From Chrysomallon squamiferum (Eukaryota > Animalia > Mollusca): DNA of 64,000 bases. Positions 1 to 13,498 of this stretch are shown here, one piece after another. Numbering within the stretch: position 1 is the stretch's first letter; every line of letters begins with the position of its first letter. Location of the stretch: positions 15,128,001 through 15,192,000 of the forward strand of contig CM022677.1 in NCBI GenBank assembly GCA_012295275.1, read 5' to 3'. A model generated the notes under the pieces. It saw only the letters and a program-made list of their open reading frames with translations, searched no databases and was not told where the DNA came from. Made by a program: the position numbers and the translations under genes.

Positions 1-159
1 TCACGCACTTCAATAGTTTCATCAGCTGTAATACTGACAAGACAATCACACAAAAGAGCCTTTATTGCAGAGAAATGTATGTCAGACAGTTTTGGGACAT
101 ATGTGGTATAGAGTGTAGATCCTTGAGATATAGCTCTCCTGCCTACTTAAGATGGTTTT

Positions 160-755
160 GGGTCATTCCATGTCAAATCACCCCACCTCCCGAAAAAAAA
201 GATAGTGATTCCTAGCATCCAAAATTGATCATTCAGGTTTTAGTTAATCAGATGTTATTGGCTGAAAAGGTGTTATATTCATGTATGTGCATATTTCAAA
301 TCTATATTGCTAGACAAAAAATATTACACCCAGGAAACTTTTATATGTTTTAGTTAACATGTGGGAGATTAAATTTCAATAAAGGTCATCTCAATGTCAC
401 GTGATCCACACGGTCAATTTCATAGCAAAGGTAAAAAGGTCAGTTTACTCCAGTATTTTCCATTGATCATTCAGGTTTTAGTTAATCAGATGTTATTGGC
501 TTTTTTATGTATGTGCATTTTTTAAATATATAAAGGTTATAAATACTCCAATATGAACATCCAAACTGAACAAAAATGGCAGATTTCGAATCCTTGTCAT
601 ATTGCCTTTTCAATAATTCCAATTTTATGACGATTGGCCCAGTAGTTCCTGAGATGTGAGGGTTCTAAGGTTGGTGGTCACGCCCATTTTTGCCAAAAAT
701 CTCAGACTTCGGTGGGCCATATCTCCCATACCACTGATCCGATTGGGCTAATAAT
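160..755. mobile_element. Non-autonomous DNA-transposon-like repeat fragment (family starting GGGTCATTCCATGTCAAATCA)
   Basis: The same start motif recurs at 160, 1376, 1939 and 5421, and partly at about 6848. 540-755 is the reverse complement of the copies at about 1960-2170 and 5480-5640. Superfamily not assignable. Confidence 0.6.
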
Positions 756-1057
756 TCAGTCAATAATTTGGTCAATCATCAAGTTACTTTCAGCAGCACA
801 GAAAACTTTCTGACCATCATGTGCTCTGCTGGCTGTGTACGTCACACTCAATGTTGTCAGTCTGTCAGTAGTAGTGGGAGATCCAGTGATTCTGACAGGA
901 AGCTTGTTACTGTCTACGTACCACAAGATCTGTGTCTCATTTGGTGCTGGTTTGGCTCCCCGTACAACACAGGTAAAAACAGCAGAGTCTCCCTCAGTGG
1001 TGCTAAGTGAGTTTGGTCTTGATCCAGAAATGTTCGTGTTCACAGAATTAACTGGAG
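756..1057 (-). pseudogene. Ig-superfamily C2-set (CD80/nephrin-like) domain exon, truncated at its 3' end by a repeat
   Basis: Polypyrimidine-AG acceptor at 1059-1058 (phase 1). Translation EGDSAVFTCVVRGAKPAP..ILWY..HDGQKVFCAAES has the Ig C..W..DGxxxxC pattern. The sequence runs into the repeat at about 755 with no splice donor. Confidence 0.75.
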
Positions 1058-1938
1058 CTGGAAAAGGAAAATAAAGAAAATTTACTGTGCTATTCCTTAT
1101 GATGTAATCAAACCATAAAATTCAGATAATGACACCTAAATGGGATTTACAGCAATTTCTGCAGTGCATAGAGTACTTTGTAAAGATTGCCCTACTCCAC
1201 GTTCATACATACATAAAATATACTCTGTTCCCAATTTAAATAAATTACCTGTTGTGAGCCTTTATTCAGTATTATAATAAACTGCTTGTGCTAATCTAGA
1301 AAGGCCATACAGAGCTCCATAAACCCATGTAAATTTGTCAGCCTTGTAATTTGACCAATTGCTCAACATGAATAGGGGTCATTCCATGTCAAATCACCCA
1401 TGTCATATCACCCCGTAAGTACCTTTTCCTATGCACAAACTAACTAAAACCAGTGAAAACCAGTATTGAGAGTATCTGTCACTAATCTTTTTTCTTTTTT
1501 TTGATATTATCAGCAATTTGCCAACCATAGTTAGGAAGAAATGAACCACATGCCCCAAAAGCTTTATTATTATTTTATGTATTTTTTTAAAATATTTAAT
1601 TGTAGTTTTATTTATAACAATTTGTTTCAAACTGATTTCATGGCAATGAAATATTTCTGAATTTACATATGGTAAAAGTCTGAACAGAGGAGAAAAATCA
1701 TTCAGGCTGCAAGTTATTAAAAATAAAAACAACATGCAAGAATGTTAGCAAGTTTATACATTAAGGTATTTTAATAATATAATCATTTTAAGCAGTGACA
1801 GTCCTTTCAAGTAGGAAATAGAATTTAAGGATATTTTGCCTACATGGAGATCATCTTGGTAATATTTGTACTAATGTCTATCAAAACCTGACTTTCTATT
1901 TATTGGCTGATTTATTGTTTCATGTTAAATTAACCTAT

Positions 1939-2172
1939 GGGTCATTCTGTGTCAAATCACCCAATGGGTTAAACCTGACCATCTCAGATTTTTATGAAAC
2001 TTGGTATACTTGTTGACTGGGATCCCACAGCAGCAAATCTGAAATTTTAGGCCAATCGAAACAGAATTTTGAGATAATCAGCCAAAATGACCACCAACCT
2101 TTGACACTCATATCTCAGAAACTACTGGGCCAATCTTCAAAAAATTGGTATTGTTGAAAAGGCAATATGAAA
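1939..2172 (+). mobile_element. Copy of the GGGTCATTC-start repeat
   Basis: Near-identical to 5421-5637 (TTTATGAAACTTGGTATACTTGTTGACTGGGATCCCACAGCA) and inverted relative to 540-755. Confidence 0.6.
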
Positions 2173-4219
2173 AGGAAGCACTTGAGAAGCAGAAGCCAAT
2201 CCCTTATCACTAGTCGCCAAAGTGACTTAGGAGATAATACAACTAATTGAACTGATGGACTCAAATTAGTTCAGTTTCAAGTGTTCCTCTTCAGTTGGAT
2301 TCTGATGCTTTCACTGCCCTGCCATCATTTAACATTCTACCTGAAATTTCCATCACATGTAGTCAGAGGAAGATCTGTTTGCAACCATTCCATAGTCTGT
2401 TCCAGATGAAGATGCTGACCATATCACTGGAACTGAGACTCTGTACCTGGCCTGACAGTTAATAGTTGCCAGTGTTTCAAGGACAAGATGCTGTGCAGCT
2501 CTGGGTGTCATTCAACACAACATGTACAAATAAACTCCTTCCTTCCTGTAAAGGAACACTAAGCAAAATATTAGACATAATTTGAACTACTCTTCTTTTT
2601 TTTCATTAGAATGATTTCAGGAAATATTTTTAGTATATATTTAAAGTATGTGTGAAATGCTATAATTTAGTAATATTAACAGTTTATCAACAAATTAAAT
2701 TAAGAGAGTGTGGAATAAAAAAGTTTCCAAAAAAAAAAAAAAAATATATATATATCAGAAACAAAGATGATTTAACTTAAAAGGTACAGTTTCATAGCTT
2801 TCAAACAACAATATAACAATATTATAATTTATCAAAATAGTCTAGAGGCATCTCTTTATATATATTTTATGTTAATGATATAGATATTTTAAATCAAACC
2901 TGTAATACATCATTTAGCTTTGTTCAGAGGATTATTGAAAATAATGTGGGTTTTTACATTCGATAATTTTCTTCATCTTTTTTATTGTCATTTAGTTATC
3001 TCGAAATTCAAAAACAGCAGTGATGTGAATTTGATAATCTATGTGTTCCACAAACCACTTAGTGATATGTAGTTATTCAGAGACACAAAGTCTGTATCAG
3101 TTAATGAATGGCACAAGAAGATTTGTGTTTATAGTCATTAAAAATATGTTATTTTTGTTTGTGATTTATTTATTCAGGTCTTTGTATTTATAAAACTATA
3201 GTTTCTCCCCATTAAATTTTTTATCAGTATAATTTGAAGGAAATAACAGCCAATTGCAAAATATGGTCATGTGATCATTGTGAAAAATACTTCCAACTTC
3301 CCAGCAATATATTTTTAAAAAATGAAGGTGATCAATTGGTTCATCATGGATGAAATGGAAAAGAGGTTTTAAAGAAAATATCACTTGCAGGAAACTCTGT
3401 CATCACAAGGATTTTATTATTAAAATTGAGAAAAGGAGGAATGATTTTATTTTGACTATTTTTATTTATTTTTTTATAATGAAGTATCTCACAAACTGGT
3501 CACTCACCAAAATCCTTGATTCAAAACAAAAACACTTTCTGGATTATCATTTTTTCTATTGTGTGGACACTTAAATAGTGTGTCACATATAGTCTTTCCT
3601 TTCAACCTGTCACATGATATCAAGCATATATAAATGGACACAACTTAATTAATGTCTGTGCAAGGTATCTATTCAATGATAATTAAGCATAATCTGTTGA
3701 TAGTATATAACCTTATCTCTAGATAAGCCTGACATTGTTATGTAATGCTGGAATAAAGTAGGATCATTATGTCTTTTTTTTGTTTGTTGGTGTAAATAAT
3801 CAGCATTTCTGAAATTCAAAGATGATTTATTCCATAGCAGGACACTGATTTTAGATGTAATTCAATATTATTTTGGTTATTTAGACTTTTCAAAAATAAT
3901 GTTGGTGGTGTATTTTCCATTAAACAAATAGTCAATAATGTTTGCAGCTTAAAAATTATAAAATCAGGTTTTTCATAGATCTGAATAACATGAACAACAA
4001 CAACAAAAAAGAAACAACAAACCAACAAAAAACCTGAATATATTCAAATATATTTGAGAGGAGAACAAATATAATTAATTTTATATTTTCAATTAAAAAT
4101 TGCTGTTAGTATTAAAATAATTTGTTCTAATATTGAACTAAACTTGTTTTAATATAACTGATTCAACAAAATGAAAAATCAACAATAAACTGAAACAAAT
4201 GTAATATATATTTTTGCAG

Positions 4220-4519
4220 GTTTGATGAAATTAACAGAAAATGGTCCAGCTATTTTTAAAGACAGCTACACATTCCAGTGTTCTGTATCAGAAAACATCA
4301 CTGAACCTATGTCATTTATGAGGGGAGAAGATGCTTTATGTTCAGTCCTGCCAAACTGTGTTCAATCCCTTGATTCTAATGATTACATTTGTAAATGTGC
4401 TGGTGACACTCCTAATCTTTTCGATCTGACAATAAACAGTGTCCGAATTGAAGATGACGGTAATTGGAAATGCACTTACGATAGAAATGCCAGTAACGTT
4501 TTTTATCTAAAAGTTTTGA
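4220..4519 (+). CDS. Ig-like domain exon (V/I-type) of an IgSF cell-surface protein
   Basis: 300-bp exon with tttttgcAG acceptor and GTAAGT donor, phase 1/1. Encodes YTFQCSV...FDLTINSVRIEDDGNWKCTY (LxIxxxxxEDxGxxxC Ig signature). Confidence 0.85.
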
Positions 4520-5420
4520 GTAAGTTATATTTTATTTATTTTTAATGTTTTTCTTTGTTCTAGCTACTACTACTTGTGCTTTTAATACAACAGTTATTCC
4601 AGTAAAAAATTATATTGTAACGAATATGTAATACAATCAGCAAAGATAAAATATTTTTCTATTTTAATTTTTTTCATTCAGTTATTAAATTTCTTACACA
4701 AAAATCATTATGGAATTCTAATCTGATATATAATCATTAAAGGATCATAATATTTTTTCTTCGGTATAATGTTCAATCTGTGAAAGTTTATAGTAATTTA
4801 TACTGTGCAAGAAAATGATTAACAGTGATAAAATTCTTATTAAAAGATATTTAGTTAGATTTTGTTTTGTTTTTTAATATTTTCTGAATTTTTAAAGTTT
4901 TACTGAGGAAATGTTACAATGGTCTGGGATGTGCTTTCCATAAGAATTGCATGCTGAAAGTGATATTGTCTTTGATTTGAGTTCATTGGGTATAAACTAA
5001 ACAAAATTTGTTAGACACATAAGGTCAAAAATCCACCATCATTCACAGAAGATGCAGAAAGCAGCATATCTGGTCTACATTATTAAGAAACAAGAGTTAA
5101 TTTCTGGCACAAAGTTAGGAACTTTGCCCATTAGTTTACTTATTTTGTAAAATACCTTGTCAAGCTGAAATAAGTGAAAACTTCAAGCATTTATTTACAC
5201 CCTAGTTAAACGAAATGAATACAGTGTGTGTGATGTTAATCATATTTGTCTACCCCAATATATTTTGTGTTAAGAATCGTGTTCCGTTTGTGTTATATAA
5301 ATTTGTTTTAAAAGGTCATTTGAAAAATAAAGAATGATGTTCATAAATATTATGGTGGTGGTGTTTGTGTCTCTTTATTTTGTACCATGTTTAATCATAG
5401 TAAAGTTCAGATTACTGTTT

Positions 5421-5637
5421 GGGTCATTCCATGTCAAATCAACCCCAAATTTTTTTTTTTTTTTTTAAACCCGACCGTTTCAGATTTTTATGAAACTTGG
5501 TATACTTGTTGACTGGGATCCCACAGCACCAAATCTGAATTATTGGCCGAATCGGATCAGTGGTGTGGGATATATGGCCCACCGAATTTTGAGATTTTTG
5601 GCAAAAATGGGCGTGACCACCAACCTTAGAACCCTCA
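5421..5637 (+). mobile_element. Intronic copy of the GGGTCATTC-start repeat
   Basis: Shares sequence with 160-755 (inverted part) and 1939-2172. Confidence 0.6.
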
Positions 5638-7146
5638 TTGATGCCTGGTGGATTTGCTGTTGTTGTTTTCTGTTTTTGGCTATGCTAGAACAGTTGAATA
5701 TCTGTGATTCATAGGTCACAATTAAACATGATCCATAGTAATCTGGCTATTTGTCTAGAGGTAATATTTCTTTCAGTTTAGAGGCTGTTTTAGTTCTTTG
5801 TTGGCCAGGTTAATGTAATTTGCTTTTAAATAAACCAGCCACGTCTTTGCATGTTTCCACTGTGTGCAGAGCTTCTCACATTTGCTGTTGTAACTCGTTC
5901 TTCTGAATAACATATAACCAGGTACTCTGCATATATTGCACCCATGAATCCACTGTGGGATATCCTTTAATATATCCTTACTATAAAATGATAAAGAGAA
6001 TTAGTCTGAGAACACCATGTGGTACAGACATTTGTTTTTCTATATTTCGGTATTTTGAACATGTGCAGTGTTAACTCAGATTTAACTCCAGTCTTTGTCA
6101 AAAGCTTTTTCTAGACAGCAAATGTAGGATTTGTTCTTTTAAATTTTTTTCTTTGAATGCATCCTTAATCTCTTGTCATATGGAGGTGATCTGATCTTTA
6201 GTGGATCCTTTTTATCACCTTTCCTACAGAGCGTTTTAAATTGATGGTGCTGAAGTGGTTTTAATTTATACTTTCCTATTTTGTGGATTCATATAGTGTG
6301 GATTTTCTCTCAGATTGTGCTACAGAGCTATTGTCTCAGCTTGCACTGAAGATCTCTCCAGCATTTGTGAAAGGGATGGAGGGAATTGGTGTAGCTGGTG
6401 CAAGTTAAATGATGGGATGGTACAAAAATGTCCAGGTTACACATGCTTTGAACAATGTTCAAACTACTTGTTTGTCAAAAATACGCCTATAAATAATGGC
6501 ATCAAAAACATTAACTATTAACAAGTTTGTTTTATTTGCAATTAAATAAAATCAAAGTCTCTATTAAATTTATTATACAAAGTGAAGTTCACTAATAAAA
6601 CAGGTAGCACTGCCGATGAATGGCGGGCAAACTCGTCATAAGCTGTAAGTGATGGCGGCCCCACCCTCTCTTATAGTATGTTGTGAGACCTCTGTATAAT
6701 CCATTTCCATTTTTTCCTAAAGTCGTCTTAAATGCTTCTTTCTGCCAAAAGCGAAGGTGTTGCCCATTTTTGTCATATGTCTACTTCATTGAAACAGGGA
6801 TTTTTTATTTGATTATTTTTCTTTTTTAATATGTTTTTAAATATTTATTCTGTGTCAAATCACCCAATGGGTTAAACCCGACCATCTCCAATTTTTATGA
6901 AACTTGGTATACACGTGTGCATTATTTAAATATATATTGCAAAAATAAAACAAAAAAGATGACACCTCTGCAACTTTTATATGTTTTAGTTAACATATGG
7001 GAGATTAACTTATCAAGGAATCGCTTTATTTCTTTCTTTTTTGCAAAAAAAAAAGCTTTTAAAAGAAGTTTATACTACGTTGACTGTTTTAGTTCCACAC
7101 TGAGTAATATGCTTATTAACATAGATAAAGTTACAGCTTAATGCTT

Positions 7147-7208
<62 letters not shown>

Positions 7209-9032
7209 GAGATAAATGCAAGTCTGCTGCTTTATTATACTGTAAAACCTTTTATAAATAATTTTTAACTGTTTTGAATATAAGAACTTCCATGACAGAT
7301 TAAAATATACTAACTAAAATTGTGAAAAACCTTGAAACAAATTTATTTTCTCTTTCATTCTTTCTTTTATTCTTCACTAGATAATAATAATAATAATAAC
7401 AATAACAATAACAATAACAATAATAATAAAAATAAAATAAAAATAATTCCTCATGTAAAAGCTGGTAATGTATTTTCCAAACTCTATCAGGTGCCAGTGT
7501 TCTGACTGTTGTTGTTGTTCTTTAGCTGTTGGATTCTCAAAGGCTTGGCATAACCCTTTGTATATAAGTACTGATTCATTTCATATTGGGATGTCACATC
7601 TCCTATATTGTCTCTAACTGGTCACATCTACAGATGACAAACCAACGAGTCACATTTATCAGTGATAAATGTCAATTGTTCTGTCAAACTGAATTATTTT
7701 GGTGGTTCTGATTAGCAAGTCATGATTTTGACAGATATACAAGATAAATAAAGATAATCATAAAGTCGAGAAAAAACAATTCTGAGTAGGGTGAATATAC
7801 TTTAGAGCATGGACAGTCAAACTTCTCTTATGTTGTTTCTAACATTTTGCAGAATGGATTGTTGTTATTGTAGGAGATCCTTATCATACTCTTTTCAGAA
7901 ACAAATATTAAAGATAAATGTAGTACAGCATTATACAGGTGTGTTAAAAAAATTATTTCTAGAAAATGTCCTATTTCATTGGGTTGAGCCTTCAGAAACA
8001 AACAAAATGAGACCAACATTTTTGAAATATCTTGAAAATTGAAGGAGTTGAGGCAATTTCAAATGCTGGAAAATGTACAATTTTTTTTATTTTTGTTTTA
8101 TTATGTCAAGTGGCCAAATACCGTGATCCTGAATAAAAAAAAAAAAAAACCTGATAAAAAATGCCTATGCCTTAAAAACGGATAAAAGAGAAGTGTTAAC
8201 AATTCTTGACATGTCTTCATTCCCTCAGATGGTGACGTCCATTACCATAACAAAGAATTGCGTTCAACACCATTTGCAGTCGAGCAAACCATGTTCGCAA
8301 TTACAAATTTCAATAAATGATCTATTGAAAGCGTATGTGTTTTTAAAAAAATAGTTCATCTTCTAAGCCTACTTATGTAAGGCAAATTAAATACTTTTTT
8401 CACAAGAATATTGGAGATACTTGTGGTTAATAGAAATTAAATTTTTGAAAGCGAACATGCGTGGAAATGTTTAGGACATCATCAAAAAAGATTTATTCTC
8501 AGAAATCTATAAGCTGTCATCAGGCCATTTTCTGAGTTTCCTCTCCCCATCTCCTACTACCGAGAATGATGTTATCAGTGATCATCCGAAAAGCAGAGAT
8601 ACTTGAAAGTGCATAATTGCTACATTATAAATATCTGTCTTCTTTTTGCTTAACATTAAGACTTTTGAACCACAATGTATATTTTAAATTTTGTTCTTAA
8701 TACTTCACAGATACTAACATAATTATGCATCTGAGGGTAAAAGATTTTCACAAAGTGACACTAAGTGACACAAAGTGATAATAAACTCAATATTTTGTGA
8801 AACTCACAATGTGAAAATAATTATTATAGGTACCACTTCAGCAATTGGTGTTTTGTTACACAACCCTATTACTAATATTAATAAATAAAATACAATGAAA
8901 TAAATATATAAAATAATAATAATAATAATTTTTTTTTTTTTTTTTTTTCGATCTAATTGTCTTTCTATTTGGAACTAAAAATTAGTACTTATTACTTTTC
9001 AAGATTTCTATCTTTATTGTTTTATTTTCAAG

Positions 9033-9332
9033 TTCCTTTGGAGAAAATTACTATAACAACTGAATCAATGCCAATAAAGCCAGGAATTCCTACACAAATA
9101 CATTGTTCAACCAACCCTTGCCGTCCAGAACCTGTAATCATATGGTTTTTAGATAGTACAGAGATAACAGACGGCATTACCAGCTCCACTGAGACAATTG
9201 CTGACTCTGGTACTATAGCAAGAAGCAGTTTAAATATAACATTTACTACAAAAGATAATGGGAGAGTTTTGAAGTGTACAGTTTCTGCTGGTGTATTTCT
9301 TACGTCATCTAATATCACTCTCAATATCCAAG
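9033..9332 (+). CDS. Ig C2-set domain exon, probably the next exon of the gene containing 4220-4519
   Basis: 300-bp exon, ttttcaAG acceptor and GTAGGT donor, phase 1/1 and frame-compatible with the previous exon. Encodes IHCSTNPCRPEPVIIWF...SSLNITFTTKDNGRVLKCTV. Confidence 0.85.
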
Positions 9333-9389
9333 GTAGGTTTCATTCACATTAATACATACTAATCTAGTACAAATTAGTATTATTATTAT

Positions 9390-9589
9390 NNNNNNNNNNN
9401 NNNNNNNNNNNNNNNNNNNNNNNNNNNNNNNNNNNNNNNNNNNNNNNNNNNNNNNNNNNNNNNNNNNNNNNNNNNNNNNNNNNNNNNNNNNNNNNNNNNN
9501 NNNNNNNNNNNNNNNNNNNNNNNNNNNNNNNNNNNNNNNNNNNNNNNNNNNNNNNNNNNNNNNNNNNNNNNNNNNNNNNNNNNNNNNNN
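9390..9589. other. Assembly gap (200 N)
   Basis: Run of exactly 200 N; true size unknown. Confidence 0.99.
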
Positions 9590-10769
9590 ACAAATTATTT
9601 GAGTGTTTATTTGTGTGTTAAATATTTTTTTATAAATAATTTTATTAATATTTTATAGCATCATCTACATATAAAATAACCTGGTCATGTATTTCTTAAA
9701 TTTGTATTCATCTTTATTTATTTTTAGTGTTAACATAGAGCGATACAGGTATTTAGCTTAAATAATATGAAAGCATTTAGGGACCCACCCATTATAAAGT
9801 TTAATATGTTTAATAATTATAGAGCAAGTCAGCAATTTAACCTAAATCTTTAAAAATAATAAATCATAAATAAACTGACTGAAAACAACCTGTCAAACAA
9901 AATTAGCATATTTTCTTTTAATAGTTTTATTAGTTTATTTCAACAACAAAAAAAAAAAAAAATAATAATAATAAATAAAAAATAAAATAAAAAATAAAAA
10001 AATAAATAATAACAATAACAATAATAATAATTTTAAATTCTCTGTGACTTGTGTGGTGTTTCCTTTGGTGTGTGCTACACAAGTCAATTTATTTTAAAAC
10101 ACATTTAATTACTGGCCACTCAAAATTTGCTGATACATCATGACGTTGTTTATGTTGTTCACATTAGTACAACCACTGGTGAATGTTATTATTAATCGAG
10201 TGTCGTTATTTGAAAAAATTATAAATAAATAAATAAATAAATATTGTTCTCAACTAATATGGCTGCCATCAGTTGTCTATGACTTTTAAATTATAATTAA
10301 ATAAAACGAAAAAAATCCAAACACATTAATATTTATAATAATAAATAGTAATACCTGTCTCCTTCACAAAATGAAATACTTTAAACAACTTTTTAAATGC
10401 GATTACACCAATTCTGTAGAAAGTTCTTCGAACATTAAATAATAAAGTAAATCCGTAAAGACCGACAATTATCCCGCATTTTTCTGCATATACAATCCCC
10501 CCCAAAAAATAAAAAAATAAAAACAAAATTAAAATAATGTTCAAAACAAATAAAATAAAATAAAGGAACATCACAACCTTTATTAAAATATATTTATTTT
10601 ATTTATTTATTTATATTTTTTTTTATCTTATTATTAGCCAATCGTTGACTTCAAATAAACGGTGTTTTTAATTTTTTTTTTCCCCCTACTTTTTCTTTCT
10701 TCTTCTTATTTATATTAATGCACCGATTTCTAGTAATGTCTCCGTCGTTCCAGTATTAACGTCTTGGTT

Positions 10770-11337
10770 AATATCACACGTCACTGTACAGTATTTCTTT
10801 ACTTAATACTACTAATATCACGTCACAGTTTTTATTTACTGTACATATTTATTTTGCTTAATTTCTGCTACTATTACGTTACGGTTCAGTATTTATTTAC
10901 TTAATACTGCTACTATCACGTTACTATACAGTGTTTATTTAGTTAACGCTGCAAATATCATGTTCGTGTACAGTATTTATTTACTTAATACTGCTAATAT
11001 AACGTTACTGTACAGTATTTATTTACTTAACACTGCTAATGTCACGTTACAGTACAGTATTTATTTACATAATACTGATAATGTCACCTTACTGTACAGT
11101 ATTTATTTACTTAATACCGCTAGTATCGCGTTACTGTACAGTATTGATTTATTTAACGCTCCTAACATCACGTTACTGTACAGTTCTTTTTTTTACTACT
11201 GCTAATATCACTTTACTGCACAGTATTTATTTACTTATCTCTGATAATATCACATTACTGTACAATAGTTATTTAGTTAATGCTGCTCATATCACGTGAC
11301 TGTACAGTATTTATTTACTTAATGCTGCTAATATCAC
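10770..11337. repeat. 42-bp minisatellite, about 13 degenerate copies
   Basis: Unit ACTGTACAGTATTTATTTACTTAATACTGCTAATATCACGTT; produces the 14-aa periodic ORFs in the track. Confidence 0.9.
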
Positions 11338-11749
11338 GAAGAATAGAAATGAAATAAAGTGTAATGATTCTGGATAAAATCATTTTGTATCAATTAAAAC
11401 TGACATTTATTCAAACATCTTCATAAAATAAAATAAAAAAAATAAAAAATGTGGAATAACATAATAAAAAATAGAAATGTCATAAAATGTCTTAACATGG
11501 CGAGTTTGCATAAACGATTAAGAAGTAGCGACATCTAATTTGTATGTTTTTTGAAGAAGAAACAGAACAACTGCAGACAACACTTCAAAATCTTCATAAC
11601 TTAAGAAGTGCGCCACTTCTAAATGACAGCTGTAATGCACATTTTAATCTGTTATTTTATTTGTTTTCTCGAGGAGTGTTTTTGTTTTCTTTTTTGTCTG
11701 TATGTTATTTTATTCTGACATAAACAAATTATTAATATAAGAAATTCGT

Positions 11750-12430
11750 GAACATCTTCCAAGTTACGAAGATTTATAAGGGGCCGCTGCAGCTCTGTTT
11801 CGACTTCAAGACACGTACAAATTAGCGACAAGATTAGCAGACGGTTTTATATATGAACGATATATACAGAGATTATCAGCAGAAGACTGTTATCAATTAA
11901 GTCGCCTTGCATACAAAATGAAAAAATACAAATATGTGCATATCTGGATGACGATAAGTCTCGAAAAAGTAAGAACAGAAAAATTTCAGAACGTATCTCG
12001 GTTAGAACTTCATGACTTTGACATACACGGTAGAGAATAATCGGGACAGATAGAACACGTTTTAGATTTGACAAATGAACAGTTAATGTTAGCTCGTGGA
12101 CTAGAACGTGTTCCGAACAGAAGAAAAAAGTATTCAAGTATATCAAAGCTTAGGAAAGAAAAGAGAAAAAATGCCAGAGTTAAAGAAAAAACAACTTTCG
12201 ATGCTCTCTGTCGTGGTGAAGACGTTATTAAAGTACGACAGCGACATCGTTTGAAATGTCGCTATCATTACAACAACAAAAATCCGCTTTTAATTGTTAA
12301 GCCTGATAAAGAAGAGATTCTGCATTTCTCACCGAAAATTGTTCTCTATCATGATTTTATCAGTGATGCTGAAATTGAAGACATTAAAACAGTTTCTATG
12401 CCACATTTAGAAACATCTGAAATCAGTTGT
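11750..12430 (+). pseudogene. P4HA: Intronless prolyl 4-hydroxylase alpha subunit (P4HA-like) pseudogene fragment
   Basis: LPSYEDL*GAAAALFRLQDTYKL (about 11755-11825), EDCYQLSRLAY, and FDALCRGE...LKCRYHYNNKNPLLIVKPDKEE...PKIVLYHDFISDAEIE match conserved P4HA blocks. It has stops and frameshifts, no introns, and ends before the catalytic HxD motif. Confidence 0.85.
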
Positions 12431-12806
12431 TATCAAAAGCAGCTTTTGCAGTTAATGTTAAACTTGGAGGTCATGATAGAGAAAGAAAAAAAAATTAAAA
12501 CTGATAGACCATTAACATTTGTAATACAAAAATATTCCACTTTTATGTTATTTTAGTCTTTAGAAATCTGCACTCTGTCTAAAACGGTATATCACGTTGG
12601 TCTCAATGAATCATCCGGTTTTGACAGTGTCCACTGTATTTATTTTTATTGTTTATATTTTAGTTATTTATCTTTACAATAATCTCTTACGTCTACAAAT
12701 CGTGCTGGGGATGGGTATTGAAATTACTTCTTAATTTTATTACACTGTATAAAAATTATCATATAAGTCATATTTATTTTTAATCTTCGCTGAATTTATC
12801 TATCGA

Positions 12807-13498
12807 TAACAAAATAAGACGCAAGTTTTATAATGTCTGTATTATTTAAATGAGAAATTAAAATTAGAGATTATCAGTTATATTACTAAATAAACATTGA
12901 ATTTCATTCTAGATTAACTTACCTTTCTCACTGTTTTAAAAAAAATAATCTGACATATTCTTAATTACATTATTTGAAAAATTTGAATTTTAGATTAATC
13001 ATGTAATTTCATGTAGGGAGAGATGTAAATTGTGTCACGGAATGTCATGTTACTGCGGTCATAAAACAAAGTATCACATTGTGACACTGAAAGGTGCACA
13101 GTATTCATCTAGCACTTCACTTAACTTATTATTAAAGACCATAATTTTTCAGTATATAAGATTAATAACATTAATATAACATTAATATTAATGTTGAAAG
13201 CAGATTTTCATATTTAGATGTAAAGCGGAGATATTAAGCTTCTATCTTACGTTAACTTTACAAAATTAAACAAAATATAAATACTACTGTATGTGTGTGT
13301 GTGTGTCTTCATATCCAAATGTAAAATTATCCTATTTAAATTTATTTTGTAAATATGAATGTGTAAGAAAAATACCTTTTGTAAACTGCGAATGTGAAAA
13401 AAGGACTCAATATTTTTATTGAAATGTACGCAAACTGATAAAAACATGTTCCTTATATCAATTCAGGTCTTTTGTTTTATGATTTACAGTCAGCGATC
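12807..13498. repeat. Low-copy repeat, inverted paralog of 51874-52817
   Basis: For example 13381-13498 GTAAACTGCGAATGTGAAAAAAGGACTCAATATT...TTTACAGTCAGCGATC is the reverse complement of 51874-51995. Confidence 0.9.

Noticed and set aside
2170-2547. Possible additional minus-strand exon with a good acceptor near 2548
   Set aside because: Multiple stops in the frames read and no recognisable domain signature.
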